Assembly: GCF_010672205.1 (NCBI RefSeq) | Contig: NZ_JAAHHD010000019.1 | Coordinates: forward strand, 95,963-159,962 | Length of the DNA: 64,000 nucleotides | From: Moorena sp. SIO3A5 | GTDB lineage: Bacteria > Cyanobacteriota > Cyanobacteriia > Cyanobacteriales > Coleofasciculaceae | Direction of reading: 5' to 3' | Shown here: positions 42,800-52,792 of the stretch, one piece after another | Layout of the letters: each line of letters starts with the position of its first letter | How positions within the stretch are numbered: the first letter of the stretch is position 1 | Position numbers and translations under genes: made by a program | The notes under the pieces: model-generated | What the model was told of the DNA's origin: nothing | Seen by the model: the letters and a program-made list of their open reading frames with translations, nothing else | Database searches by the model: none

Positions 42800-43681
42800 A
42801 TGGTGCATACTATGAATCGTGATGAATTCCTAAAACGCTACGAAGCTGGTGAAAGAGATTTTTCTGGTATTAATTTGAAAAAGGCTAACTTAAAAAGTAC
42901 TAATTTCAAGGGTGTTTGTCTAAAAAATGCGGACTTGAGTAATGCTGATTTAGAGGAAGCTACTTGGGATGATGTAGATCTAAGTCATGCTAACTTGAGG
43001 AATGCTTACCTATACGAAACCACTATCGAAAATTCTAACCTTACTAAGGCTAACTTGAGTCATATAGTAGCCTCTGAATCAACCTTGGAAAACTGTGATT
43101 TTAGTGGTACTGATCTGAGTTATGCGGATTTATCTGTAATCTATATAGCTACTAGTAAGCTCAGGGATGCCAATTTTAGTTATGCTACCTTATGTGAGGT
43201 TTACGTAGGTGATTCTGACCTGAGCAATGCTAACCTCAGTTATGCCCGTATGCTAGGGGTTGATGGCTGGAAAAAAGCTGACCTGAGTAGTATAAATTTT
43301 ACCAAAGCTATCTATACGTCATACACTGAGTTTCCGACTGGATTTAACCCATCAAAAGCCGGAGCAATCTTTATTTGTGCCGAGGCTGACTTAAGCGGTT
43401 TAGACTTGAAAAATGTCAACCTAGGTTATGAAGAACTGTGTGGCGCTAACCTTAGTCATGCTAATTTGAGTGGTGCAAGACTGTATAATACTGACTTGAG
43501 AGCCGCCAACCTAAGTTATGCCAATTTAGAAGGTGTTGACTTTCATGATGCTGATTTGAGTGAGGCTAATTTCAGCCATGCTAATCTTAAAAAGGCTAAA
43601 TTAGCTAAGGCTGACTTAAATGATGCTATTTTCTGTAACACTATTATGCCTAATGGCAGGATTAAAAATAATAATTGTTAG
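42800..43681 (+). CDS. Pentapeptide-repeat protein
   Basis: The A(D/N)L(S/T)x repeat runs through nearly the whole 293 aa (ANLKSTNFKGVCLKNADLSNADLEEA…). Confidence 0.85.
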   Translation: MVHTMNRDEFLKRYEAGERDFSGINLKKANLKSTNFKGVCLKNADLSNADLEEATWDDVDLSHANLRNAYLYETTIENSNLTKANLSHIVASESTLENCDFSGTDLSYADLSVIYIATSKLRDANFSYATLCEVYVGDSDLSNANLSYARMLGVDGWKKADLSSINFTKAIYTSYTEFPTGFNPSKAGAIFICAEADLSGLDLKNVNLGYEELCGANLSHANLSGARLYNTDLRAANLSYANLEGVDFHDADLSEANFSHANLKKAKLAKADLNDAIFCNTIMPNGRIKNNNC

Positions 43682-43872
43682 CTAGATCAATCCAGCTCAG
43701 TGAGAAGATAATTATTGGTAATGGGTAATGGCTAATTTTGATTACTCCCGTACCATTGGCTTTCCTTATCAAAGCAGTGATTTTCTTTTCCTTAGACCAT
43801 TCTTTGAGGCGTTGCTTAATAATGGAATGATTTGAATAGTTTTGTGGAATGGGCATCTTGCCCGTTCCTGAC

Positions 43873-43919
43873 GGTGCGACCCGTGGCGAATTTAATTCTT
43901 AATGGGTCAAGCGCACCGG
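43873..43919. repeat. Dispersed palindromic element (copy 2 of 5)
   Basis: ggtgcgacccgtggcgaatttaattcttaatgggtcaagcgcaccgg. Confidence 0.7.
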
Positions 43920-44024
43920 ATCTTTTTGGGCAGGCAGGATGTCCACCCCACTCATATTCATTGATTGATTCAGCAACGCCACATTTTTAGCCAATCATAC
44001 CTTAATTCAGCAACGCCAAATTTC

Positions 44025-46925
44025 TCAATTGCGCAGAATCAACCGTTGCCGATGAACATGCAACAAACGAAACTCCCGCTGCGCCACCTGCTCCAACATA
44101 TAAATAATGTGCTCTGGTCGCAACATCGTGCCATCATTCAAACAACTCCCCACATACCGCAAAACCACCCCAGACTCCGCAACCTCCTCTTCACCATCTT
44201 TGGATTTTTGGGGTTCGATCACCTCGAAGTCAAATAAGCGATCGCATAAATTCACCCACTGCTTCTTCCCCGACTTCGTAAACCGCTCCCACCAAATTTC
44301 CTTACTACCTTTGATTGCTTCAATCCAACCCTGCCACTCTTCCCAAGACGCTTCTGATATTACCTCAACTCGAATCAAATACTCAGCTCTCTCCAACAGC
44401 TGAGTTCCCGCAGGTTCCTTCAAATCCACTGCTTCAACCCCATACACCGGAATCTCTTTAGGCAACTGAGACACCAGCCTTTCCCTAAACTCCTCAACTG
44501 GCATTTTCTCAGTTAACTCAAACTCCACAATCTCCCCACTGCTAGACGCTCCCAAGGGCAACGCATTAGCAATCATAATCCGAGCATTAGCCCGAAACCC
44601 CCCACTATATCGAATTGGCAGTGACGCCCGTCTTACTGCTCTCTCAAACAGACTTGCCAAATCCAGATGACCCAACAAGGTCATATCCCCCAACTTCCCA
44701 AAGCAAACCCGCAGCCGCTGATCCTTATTAGTATTGGGTTTAAAGTGACCAGCAAATTGCGGAATCTGTGGCGGCTCAATCACTACATTATGACCAAAAT
44801 CAATCCCACACACACCACAGTGAGAACACCCATCAAAGGAACAATCCGGTACCGTTGCTGCATCTAACGCCCGTTGTAAATCTTCCTTGAGCCAATTCTT
44901 ATCAATTCCCGTATCAATATGATCCCAAGGCAAGGGAGCATCAAGGGCGTTAAGGGTTGACGGTTGAAGGTTAGCTGGTTGAAGGTTAGCTGGTTGAAGG
45001 TTAGAAGGTTGAAGGTTAGAAGGTTGAAGGTTAGAAGGTTGAAGGTTAGAAGGTTGAAGGTTAGTTGGTTGAAGGTTAGTTGGTTGAAGGTTAGCTGGTT
45101 GAAGGTTAGTTGGTTGTCGGTTAGTTGGTTGTCGGTTAGTTGGTTGTAGGTTAGCTGGTTGTAGGTTAGCTGGTTGCTCTGAACTTTCAACCTTGGCCTT
45201 TTGGCCACGCTTCGCGAACAACCTTCCAACTTGCAACTCTTCTACACCCGCCATCACGTTCCATTCGCCATTTTCTACTTGGCGATATTTCCAGGTCAGA
45301 CCTGATGAAGCGATCGCATTTTCCCAAGCAGCAAATGCCCGATCCAAGCTTTCCATCCAGGAGTCCATCCCTGCCCCCAATTCCCAAGCACGGCGCACCA
45401 CCGCACTTAAGCGTCTGTCACCCCGTCCCACGAAATCTTCCATGGCCGAAATCCGAACATCGGTGTAATTAACCTTCACCCCCCTGATCTGACCAAATAC
45501 TTGTTTGAGTAATTCCTGCTTGCGTTCAAACTCCGAAGTCGATACGGAATGCCACTGGAATGGGGTGTGAGGTTTTGGGGTAAAATTAGAAACAGTTATG
45601 TTAAACTTAATGGTTTTTCTGCCTTTAGCACGGCACTCCTGCTGCAACCAACGCACCGTTTCCGCAATCCCCAACACATCCATATCCGTTTCACCGGGCA
45701 AACCAATCATAAAATAGAGCTTGACTTTCTCCCAGCCTTGCTCAAATGCCGTCTTTACTCCCCTGAGCAGTTCTTCATTAGTCAGTCCCTTATTAACAAT
45801 ATCCCGCATCCGCTGAGTTCCTGCTTCTGGGGCAAAGGTCAAGCCACTCTGCCGATTGCCCCCTAGGATATTGGCAATATTCTCATCAAAGCGGTCTACC
45901 CGCTGACTCGGTAGGGACAAGGAAATATTCTGATCCTTAAGACGATTTTTGATTTCCATCCCCACCGCTGGTAGAGCCAGGTAATCCGAACAACTCAGGG
46001 ATAGAAGGGAAAACTCGTTATACCCTGTAGCACGCATCCCTTGTTCAATAGCTTCCACCACTTTTTCTGGTTCCACATCCCGCGCTGGTCGAGTCAGCAT
46101 CCCAGGTTGGCAGAAGCGACAACCCCGAGTACAGCCCCGTCGCACTTCGATCTTGAGTCGGTCATGAACCGTTTGGATATAGGGTACTAGTCCAATAGCA
46201 TAGGCAGGCATCGGTGTAGCCACACGCCGCAAAATCCGCTTCGGCACATCAGGGCGGTTGGGTTTAACTGAGCCATCCTCAGTCATATCATAGAATTGGG
46301 GGACATACACCCCTGGTATCTGAGCCAAATCCAGGAGTAACGCTTCTCGACTTAAGCCAGCTGCTTTGCCTTCTTCGATTACTAAGCCAATCTCTGGCAA
46401 CAATTCTTCCCCATCGCCAAGATCAACAAAATCTAAGAAATCAGCATAGGGTTCAGGATTCGATGTCGCCGTTTGTCCACCTGCAAAAATTAGGGGTATT
46501 TCCGATATATCAAACTGAGCACGGTCTTTCCAGGTCAGGGGAATTCCTCCCAAATCCAACATTTCCAAGATGTTGGTTGCCCCTAATTCATAGCTAAGGC
46601 TAAAGCCAATAATATCAAAATCTTTCAGAGGTCGCCGATTCTCGACAGCAAACAGAGGGGTTTGAGTGGAACGTAATTTAGCTGCCAAGTCTGGGGCAGG
46701 TAGATAGGCGCGATCGCATAATTGCCTAGGTTGATAATTCAATATATTGTAGAGGATGATATGGCCTAAGTTAGAAGCCCCCACTTCATAGATTTCTGGA
46801 TAAGTCAATACCCAGCGTACCTCAGCTTCTTCCCAAGGTTTATGGACTGCTCCCAACTCGTTACCTAAGTAACGGGCTGGTCTGTTGATGTCTGGTGTTA
46901 ATATTTCCTCTACAGTGATTGCCAT
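44025..46925 (-). CDS. Fused B12-binding/radical-SAM protein (TIGR03960-like) and DUF2344 (TIGR03936-like) with internal proline/asparagine-rich repeat linker
   Basis: The radical-SAM cysteine motif is CTRGCRFCQPG. The C-terminal DUF2344-like block is …RVCFGKLGDMTLLGHLDLASLFERAVRRASLPIRYSGGF…. A '(P/Q)(A/T/S)NLQ' linker of about 75 aa lies between the two domains. Confidence 0.8.
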   Translation of the reverse strand: MAITVEEILTPDINRPARYLGNELGAVHKPWEEAEVRWVLTYPEIYEVGASNLGHIILYNILNYQPRQLCDRAYLPAPDLAAKLRSTQTPLFAVENRRPLKDFDIIGFSLSYELGATNILEMLDLGGIPLTWKDRAQFDISEIPLIFAGGQTATSNPEPYADFLDFVDLGDGEELLPEIGLVIEEGKAAGLSREALLLDLAQIPGVYVPQFYDMTEDGSVKPNRPDVPKRILRRVATPMPAYAIGLVPYIQTVHDRLKIEVRRGCTRGCRFCQPGMLTRPARDVEPEKVVEAIEQGMRATGYNEFSLLSLSCSDYLALPAVGMEIKNRLKDQNISLSLPSQRVDRFDENIANILGGNRQSGLTFAPEAGTQRMRDIVNKGLTNEELLRGVKTAFEQGWEKVKLYFMIGLPGETDMDVLGIAETVRWLQQECRAKGRKTIKFNITVSNFTPKPHTPFQWHSVSTSEFERKQELLKQVFGQIRGVKVNYTDVRISAMEDFVGRGDRRLSAVVRRAWELGAGMDSWMESLDRAFAAWENAIASSGLTWKYRQVENGEWNVMAGVEELQVGRLFAKRGQKAKVESSEQPANLQPANLQPTNRQPTNRQPTNLQPANLQPTNLQPTNLQPSNLQPSNLQPSNLQPSNLQPANLQPANLQPSTLNALDAPLPWDHIDTGIDKNWLKEDLQRALDAATVPDCSFDGCSHCGVCGIDFGHNVVIEPPQIPQFAGHFKPNTNKDQRLRVCFGKLGDMTLLGHLDLASLFERAVRRASLPIRYSGGFRANARIMIANALPLGASSSGEIVEFELTEKMPVEEFRERLVSQLPKEIPVYGVEAVDLKEPAGTQLLERAEYLIRVEVISEASWEEWQGWIEAIKGSKEIWWERFTKSGKKQWVNLCDRLFDFEVIEPQKSKDGEEEVAESGVVLRYVGSCLNDGTMLRPEHIIYMLEQVAQREFRLLHVHRQRLILRN
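44949..45175. repeat. In-frame 15-nt microsatellite (ggttgaaggttagct-like, about 15 units) inside the radical-SAM CDS
   Basis: It encodes the NLQP(A/T/S) linker repeats. It is also the source of spurious opposite-strand ORFs. Confidence 0.9.
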
Positions 46926-47171
46926 AGAAACTTTATTACTGCTTTCAATGCAGTTAACCCTGATCCACCTTTGATTTTATCAGTACTCAGGCTAGAGATA
47001 AGGGGGTGAAGGTGGATGAAGTGAGGGAGATAATAACCACCATACTTCTTAACTGGTATTTCCCTATCTCCTCCCATCATCATCGCTGTAAGCACTTAAT
47101 CTTCCCAAGATTTCCTATGATTTTGCTGCACTCAGAGCCATTGAGTTAGCTTCCCAACCTACTCCAACCCC

Positions 47172-47519
47172 CTAGAGGGCTGTAGCAAAAGCCTCATGGC
47201 TGTCAAAAATCTCAAACACCCCATCTAATTTAGTTAGCTCCAGCATAATTCGAATTGAAGGAGCTACGGAGCAAAGACCAAAGCGCCTCTCTAGACTTCT
47301 TGCTAGCTTCAGACCATGAATTAAGGCCATTAAGCCAGCACTGTCGAGAGACTCTAACTGATGCATATCAACCAACAAAGCCGAATCCTCAGCAGCCACC
47401 ACAGCTTCTGTCAACTGACTTTTAAACTCAATTGCATTAGAAGCGTTAATATGACCGGAAGGTTGAATAATTCTTAATTTTGCACTCAGGGTCGCCTGTG
47501 TCATGAGTAGACTCCTCAC
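47172..47519 (-). CDS. STAS-domain protein (anti-sigma-factor antagonist, SpoIIAA-like)
   Basis: 115 aa. …INASNAIEFKSQL…LLVDMHQLESLDSAGLMALIHGL… has the conserved Ser/Asp at the phosphorylation position. Confidence 0.8.
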   Translation of the reverse strand: MRSLLMTQATLSAKLRIIQPSGHINASNAIEFKSQLTEAVVAAEDSALLVDMHQLESLDSAGLMALIHGLKLARSLERRFGLCSVAPSIRIMLELTKLDGVFEIFDSHEAFATAL

Positions 47520-47943
47520 TTGGTCAAATCCAATAAAATTTTATAGAGAATATATTGAAGATAGTATGGAATTTCGCTAATTCCATACCACTTCTGATAG
47601 ACTTTGCCGAATCTTTACAGATTGCTAATGGTTTTTGAAATCTTCATTAAACTTACCATCAAAATGTATCATATATTACTTTTTTTCAAGTTAAGTAATT
47701 TATTTTTCATTTCCGATGGTCTAAGTTGCTAAGAGCATGGCTCAGTTGATGCCTATAAGTAGGGATTAAATTTTAATAATTTTTGTTACGTTAACTAAAT
47801 AGAGCTGCCCTGACATAGAAATATAATACTTTTTGTTATAGGCTTGAGCCAAATGTTTAGCCTTAGATAAGTATAACGTTAACTAGGGTGTAGAGGCAAG
47901 TAGTACTAAGCAGTATGTCCTTATAACTGCCTTAGGTGCGCTT

Positions 47944-48065
47944 GACCCATTAAGAATTAAATTCGCACCTATTGGTGCGCGCCTCCAAGGGCGAATAAAT
48001 CGCCCTTGGGTCGCACCTATTGGCTTTGCCAACGCTACGCGAACGGGTCGCACCTAAACTTCAAT
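47944..48065. repeat. Dispersed palindromic element (copy 3; double/nested copy)
   Basis: aggtgcgcttgacccattaagaattaaattcgcacct…gggcgaataaatcgccc…gggtcgcacct. Confidence 0.7.
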
Positions 48066-48280
48066 ACCTCTAACCCTTGAAACGGCATAGCTTCTTCCGT
48101 TGAGGTTAAGCTTTCTGAGTTAAGTCCAAAAGGCATATAATATATATGTAATATATATGTCAGAGAGTACCAATCCACCTCATCAGTGATTTAGATCACA
48201 TCCCAATAAGATAAAGATCACTATAGTGGCTAGTAATTTCAGAAGACAATAAAGTTATATGGAATTGTGGGTAAGTAATT

Positions 48281-48475
48281 GTGAAAACTACATTTGTTAT
48301 TCGTCAACTAGTAGAAAAAGCCCTCTATATTAGGAAATTGACTCCTGATATAGAAAATGCAATTAACTACGAACTAACTCAAACTGGTTACATCTCTGAT
48401 GTGGATTACGAAGCACTGGAATTATTAATGTCTGAGATGGATGCTGGTCGTGTACAGCTAGTTCCGAGTCACTAG
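48281..48475 (+). CDS. Hypothetical small protein (64 aa)
   Basis: ORF only. The composition is plausible. A suggestive GTG/ATG context follows GGGTAAG. Confidence 0.3.
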   Translation: MKTTFVIRQLVEKALYIRKLTPDIENAINYELTQTGYISDVDYEALELLMSEMDAGRVQLVPSH

Positions 48476-48715
48476 AAAAAGTGGTTATAAACTAAGGCTA
48501 GACCAGCTCGGAGGCTTGGTAACTACTCCATGACTTTTAGCCATGACTTTTAGCCATGACTTTCAGGGTTGGGGCAAGCTCTGACAGCTACATGTGGCAA
48601 AACCCCTACAACTTTAGTTTACTCTCCTAAGGGGTCTGACTTGCTACTGCTTGAGTCGTGATCAGATCACCATTGAGTTGGCAAAGTCCTATTACCGATT
48701 AACCATTAAAAAAAC

Positions 48716-49111
48716 TTAAAACTTTTCAGGATAAGCTTGCCAAACTGCACAGATAAAATAACTTAGTTGCTGGCGAGCATCAGGGTCACTTTCTACATTG
48801 ACATCAGGGTCATCTAACCGAACCAAGAGGGGAATTACTTCAGTGTCTAAGGCTAGTCGTAATAAACTCGCTGGCCAAAGTAAATCCGGTCCAGAGCGTA
48901 GGTCGTAAAGAGTAAGCTGTTCAGGGAGTTCCACTGGCACAGGCTCTTGACTATGCAAGGTGACCAATATCATAGAACGCACCCAACACATTTGTCGCGA
49001 TGACACAAATTCGATCACTTCAGCGTATAAACGAGTATTGTCATGCTCTAAACAAATAATCTGATGAGGCTGGAACTCGTAAACCAAACTCCTTGATAGG
49101 TCTTTATTCAC
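48716..49111 (-). CDS. Hypothetical protein (131 aa, Trp-rich acidic)
   Basis: ORF with coding-like composition and no recognisable motif. Confidence 0.45.
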   Translation of the reverse strand: MNKDLSRSLVYEFQPHQIICLEHDNTRLYAEVIEFVSSRQMCWVRSMILVTLHSQEPVPVELPEQLTLYDLRSGPDLLWPASLLRLALDTEVIPLLVRLDDPDVNVESDPDARQQLSYFICAVWQAYPEKF

Positions 49112-49296
49112 CAGGCATCAATTCCTAAATTGAGTCATTGCGATACAATATAATGTTCATATTACCAGTTTGGTTAACGGGGGTATTAGACCCAGATTTG
49201 CCATGACTGGAAGTCAGAGGCTGTCTCACTGCTCATCTTTGCTATGATGTATTAATTCAACTTAGTCTCAATAGATTTAATACCATAGCATAGATT

Positions 49297-49641
49297 ATGA
49301 AAGTCCAAGTTTCAGTCGTGTTTAGCAATCCCGTGGATTTCGTTAATTTTTCTCATCAGGCACTGCCTCGATTTTGCGTCGATCTGCCTTTTAAACCTCG
49401 CGCTATCCCAGTTGAAGAACTGTTGCCCAACGTCCCTATGATTGATAGCAATTCAGACGATTGGACAACAGACCTGCCCTTCGAGCAAATAGAATACAAG
49501 GAAGAAGGAGCAGAGGAATATGCCAAAATGGTAGTAGTAGTGGAAATCCCACAGGATGATATGCCCTTGTTTGAAGATGTAGTTAAGTCGTTTGGGGGAA
49601 AGATTATGCCATCAGAGGGGTTGGATGTAATGGACATGTAG
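49297..49641 (+). CDS. Hypothetical acidic protein (114 aa)
   Basis: ORF. The alternative antisense ORF 49356..49664 is less protein-like. Confidence 0.35.
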   Translation: MKVQVSVVFSNPVDFVNFSHQALPRFCVDLPFKPRAIPVEELLPNVPMIDSNSDDWTTDLPFEQIEYKEEGAEEYAKMVVVVEIPQDDMPLFEDVVKSFGGKIMPSEGLDVMDM

Positions 49642-49783
49642 TGGACATGTAGTTTACACCCCATATCTTACCCATAACCTGGCTTGTAGATCATAGAAAT
49701 TCCTTGTTAATCTTGATCGAAAATTCAAGACTATCACAAAATATGTTTGAAGGAAAAATAGTCTGGAATACACAAGGAATGAA

Positions 49784-50977
49784 ATGACCTCTAAGCAGGA
49801 TAAACCTGAGGTGGCTAAAATCCTCGAACCATTCAAACTCGCATTGGCTGAGCATCTGAGTAACCCTGATGTTGTCTTAGACGAGGTACTGGCATGGACT
49901 GGCTCTCAGCCTTTTTTGACCCAGAAGCTTTGTCAAGTTATCCTTGACTCTAAATCTCCCATCCCTGTTGGTGAGGAAGCTCTCAAAGTCGAAGAACTAG
50001 TCAAAACTCACTTCGTTGAAAATTGGGAAACTCAGGAAGCCGCTGAACTTCTGCAAGATATTCGTAGTTTCTTGCTCGAAGAACAATTCCTGCGGCTATA
50101 TCAGAAAATTTTGCAGGGAGTCATGATGGCAAATGACAGTTGGGAACAAAAAGTGTTGCTCAACTCCGGTGTGGTGATTAACCAGGGGGGAAATTTAAAA
50201 GTTTCTAACCGTATTTATGAGGTTGTTTTTAATCACAGCTGGGTAGCTCAAGAGTTAGCACAGTTGACCAGTACAGACTATTGGTTGGCATCTGAGCTGA
50301 CGACAGATGCTACTGATCAAGCCATCGCCATTGCTTTTCCTAACCTACCAATCACCCCAGTTACTCAAGACCAAGATCTCACAACTGACCAGCCTAAACA
50401 CTCAGAGCTGACAACTGATGAACCCAAACACCCAGATCTAACAACTGACGAGCCCAACCAATCAACTGTAGTACCTTTAGAGCCAGACCAAGCCACAACC
50501 TTGGCTACCTCATCAGCTAGCAGAATCCCATCACCCATTAGTTTTTGGGGTGGCTTGATCGCCTTGTTTCTAGTCATTACCTTTGGTGTATTTCAGTGTA
50601 CTAGTGCTAGAAGAGCAGACGATCAACTAAAAAACCTTGCTTCTGAGGACATATGCAGACGCCAATTTACTACCAGAAAAGAACAAATAGAGCAACTTAG
50701 AAAGATAAAGAGTCAAAATAGTGCTTTTCCCAAGCTATGTCAGTCAATGTTAGATCAATTGCAGTTTTCCTATGCTATAGAAGAGCTCGCTAGTCAAGGT
50801 GAATTCAAGCAAGCTACTATAAATCTTTGTAAAGTATCAGAGCGTTACTACCAGTTTAAACAAAAATCTCTTCCACGTTTTTTCCGTCGATGGGATAGGA
50901 ATAATGAGAATTATGCTAATTGGTTGAGAAACTATCTAATAAAATTAGATTGTCCAGCTGCTAAATATTTGGGGTAA
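49784..50977 (+). CDS. Membrane-anchored protein homologous to the C-terminal (post-P-loop) half of AAA-like domain proteins; no ATPase core
   Basis: LAWTGSQPFLTQKLCQVIL…FLRLYQKILQGV…GGNLKVSNRIYEVVFNHSWVAQEL is the conserved tail of the AAA_35-type family (compare the 13050..14405 product). It is followed by DLTTD(Q/E)PKH repeats and a TM helix (WGGLIALFLVITFGVF). Confidence 0.55.
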   Translation: MTSKQDKPEVAKILEPFKLALAEHLSNPDVVLDEVLAWTGSQPFLTQKLCQVILDSKSPIPVGEEALKVEELVKTHFVENWETQEAAELLQDIRSFLLEEQFLRLYQKILQGVMMANDSWEQKVLLNSGVVINQGGNLKVSNRIYEVVFNHSWVAQELAQLTSTDYWLASELTTDATDQAIAIAFPNLPITPVTQDQDLTTDQPKHSELTTDEPKHPDLTTDEPNQSTVVPLEPDQATTLATSSASRIPSPISFWGGLIALFLVITFGVFQCTSARRADDQLKNLASEDICRRQFTTRKEQIEQLRKIKSQNSAFPKLCQSMLDQLQFSYAIEELASQGEFKQATINLCKVSERYYQFKQKSLPRFFRRWDRNNENYANWLRNYLIKLDCPAAKYLG

Positions 50978-51204
50978 TCAATTGTTAAATTGTTAAATTG
51001 TTAAATTAAATTGTTAAATCAGTAGTTGTGGCAACAGGGAACAGGGAATAGGAAATTCATGCATGGATTTTTAGCAAACAGTTAACTAAATAACTAATTA
51101 ATTTAACTAATTAATCTAACTTAATAGACTGGTTTTAGTCAATAAAAATTTATTTTATTGCCTACTTTTAAAGACTTAGCTATTTACTGATAAGCCAGAT
51201 TCTT

Positions 51205-52779
51205 CTAAGGATTATAAAAAACTCCATCGCTACCACTGATTTCTTCTTCCAAAGATACCCTAATTCCTCGACGAGCAATTTCAAAAATAGTTAAGATAAA
51301 TTCTCCCAATTGAAAATATTGGGTTTGACGTAATTGTTTCCTATGGCGTTGTTTGCCGCTAATCCGCTCATTGATATGGCTTGCATAATATAAAATTAGG
51401 CTAACTAATAGCCAACCTAATAAACTCAATAGAGCTGTTACAATGATAATAATCAGCCAGCCTAAGAACTGACACAACACTTGTAATAATGGATCGTCAT
51501 ATACATCAAGTTCCGAGTACAACAGAGAACTATTGCTACTAAAGATTCCTAAGGCAATCGTTCCCCAAAATCCACAGAAAAGGTGAACAGGAATCGAACC
51601 TACGGGGTCGTCAATTTTCCAAACTTGTAGAAAATATTCGCCTAAAAGGACAAAAATACCGCTGATAGAGCCAATTATAAATGCACTTTTGATATCTACA
51701 AAAGCAGCTGAGGCTGTAATTCCCACCAACCCACCTAAAATGCCATTGATAATTGAGGCTAGACTGGGTTTTCCCAGGATAATTGGACTAAAAAATACGC
51801 TGGATATTCCACCAGCTGCTGCTGCCATCATGGTAGTTGTGATGGTATTAGCTACATAATCGAGATCCTTTGCTGAGCCACCATTAAAACCAAACCAGCC
51901 CAGCCAAAGAATTAAGCAGCCTAAGGTGGCTAAACCCAGATTATCGGCAGAGAACTTTTCAGTTTCGAGACCTTCATATCTATCTGTTCTTAAATTGTAG
52001 CCAAAACGACCTTGTCGTGGCTTTAGTAGCCAAGCCCCTACCAAGCCAGCCATACCACCAACACTATGGACTACAGTTGAACCCGCAAAATCATGAAATT
52101 TTAGCGCCTTGGCTAGCCAACCATAGTGTCCCCAAACCCAGTGACCGGTTACGGGATAGATAAAACCAACCAGGAAAAAACTAAATAGGAGAAATGCCCA
52201 GAATTTTACCCGTTCAGCAACAGCTCCTGAAACAATAGTGGCTGCAGTTCCAGCAAAGACTAACTGAAATAAAAATAGAGCCGCAAAGGAGCGATTAGAC
52301 CAATCTTGATTGAGACAATTAAATCCTGATTCTGGAAAACCAAGATTTCCAAATTGGGGAAAGGGAAGATTAAAAAACAACCCCTTTTGACCCACTAAAC
52401 TTAAACTATTATTTTCTCCTGGAACACAACTGTAAGTGATGCCATCACCAAACATTAAGCCAAAGCCAACTAGCCAAAAGGCTAAGGCTGATATACAGAA
52501 AACTATCAAATTTTTAGCCAAGACATTAGTCGCATTTCTCCGTCTACATAACCCGGCTTCTAACATGGCAAAGCCAGCATTCATAAAAAAGACTAGAAAA
52601 GATGAAACTAACAACCAGATAGTAGACAGGTTAGTGAAATTATTCGTGTTACTATCTTGTGCTACTGCTACACCAAGCCATCCCAGCAGGATGGTAATAG
52701 CCAAAGATAGGCAGAAGTACCAACGGCTCGGTACCCGGATGATTTGGTGTTTTAATCTCTTGTACTTATGTCGAGACAT
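51205..52779 (-). CDS. amt: Ammonium transporter (Amt family)
   Basis: …MNAGFAMLEAGLCRRRNATNVLAKNLIVF…GAVAERVKFWAFLLF… with 11 TM segments. The start is chosen at MSRHKYK. The track ORF continues to 52839, where it overlaps the tnpB remnant. Confidence 0.85.
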   Translation of the reverse strand: MSRHKYKRLKHQIIRVPSRWYFCLSLAITILLGWLGVAVAQDSNTNNFTNLSTIWLLVSSFLVFFMNAGFAMLEAGLCRRRNATNVLAKNLIVFCISALAFWLVGFGLMFGDGITYSCVPGENNSLSLVGQKGLFFNLPFPQFGNLGFPESGFNCLNQDWSNRSFAALFLFQLVFAGTAATIVSGAVAERVKFWAFLLFSFFLVGFIYPVTGHWVWGHYGWLAKALKFHDFAGSTVVHSVGGMAGLVGAWLLKPRQGRFGYNLRTDRYEGLETEKFSADNLGLATLGCLILWLGWFGFNGGSAKDLDYVANTITTTMMAAAAGGISSVFFSPIILGKPSLASIINGILGGLVGITASAAFVDIKSAFIIGSISGIFVLLGEYFLQVWKIDDPVGSIPVHLFCGFWGTIALGIFSSNSSLLYSELDVYDDPLLQVLCQFLGWLIIIIVTALLSLLGWLLVSLILYYASHINERISGKQRHRKQLRQTQYFQLGEFILTIFEIARRGIRVSLEEEISGSDGVFYNP

Positions 52780-52792
52780 CAAAGCAAGCTTT

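Noticed and set aside
43662-43856. 64-aa minus-strand ORF downstream of the pentapeptide gene
   Set aside because: No motif, low-complexity C-terminus, and it overlaps the end of the pentapeptide CDS. It is possibly a real small protein but is unsupported.
44864-45229. 121-aa and 61-aa ORFs antisense to the radical-SAM gene (QLTYNQLT… / VSWLKVRRLK…)
   Set aside because: They are artefacts of the in-frame 15-nt microsatellite. The sense strand has strong radical-SAM homology.
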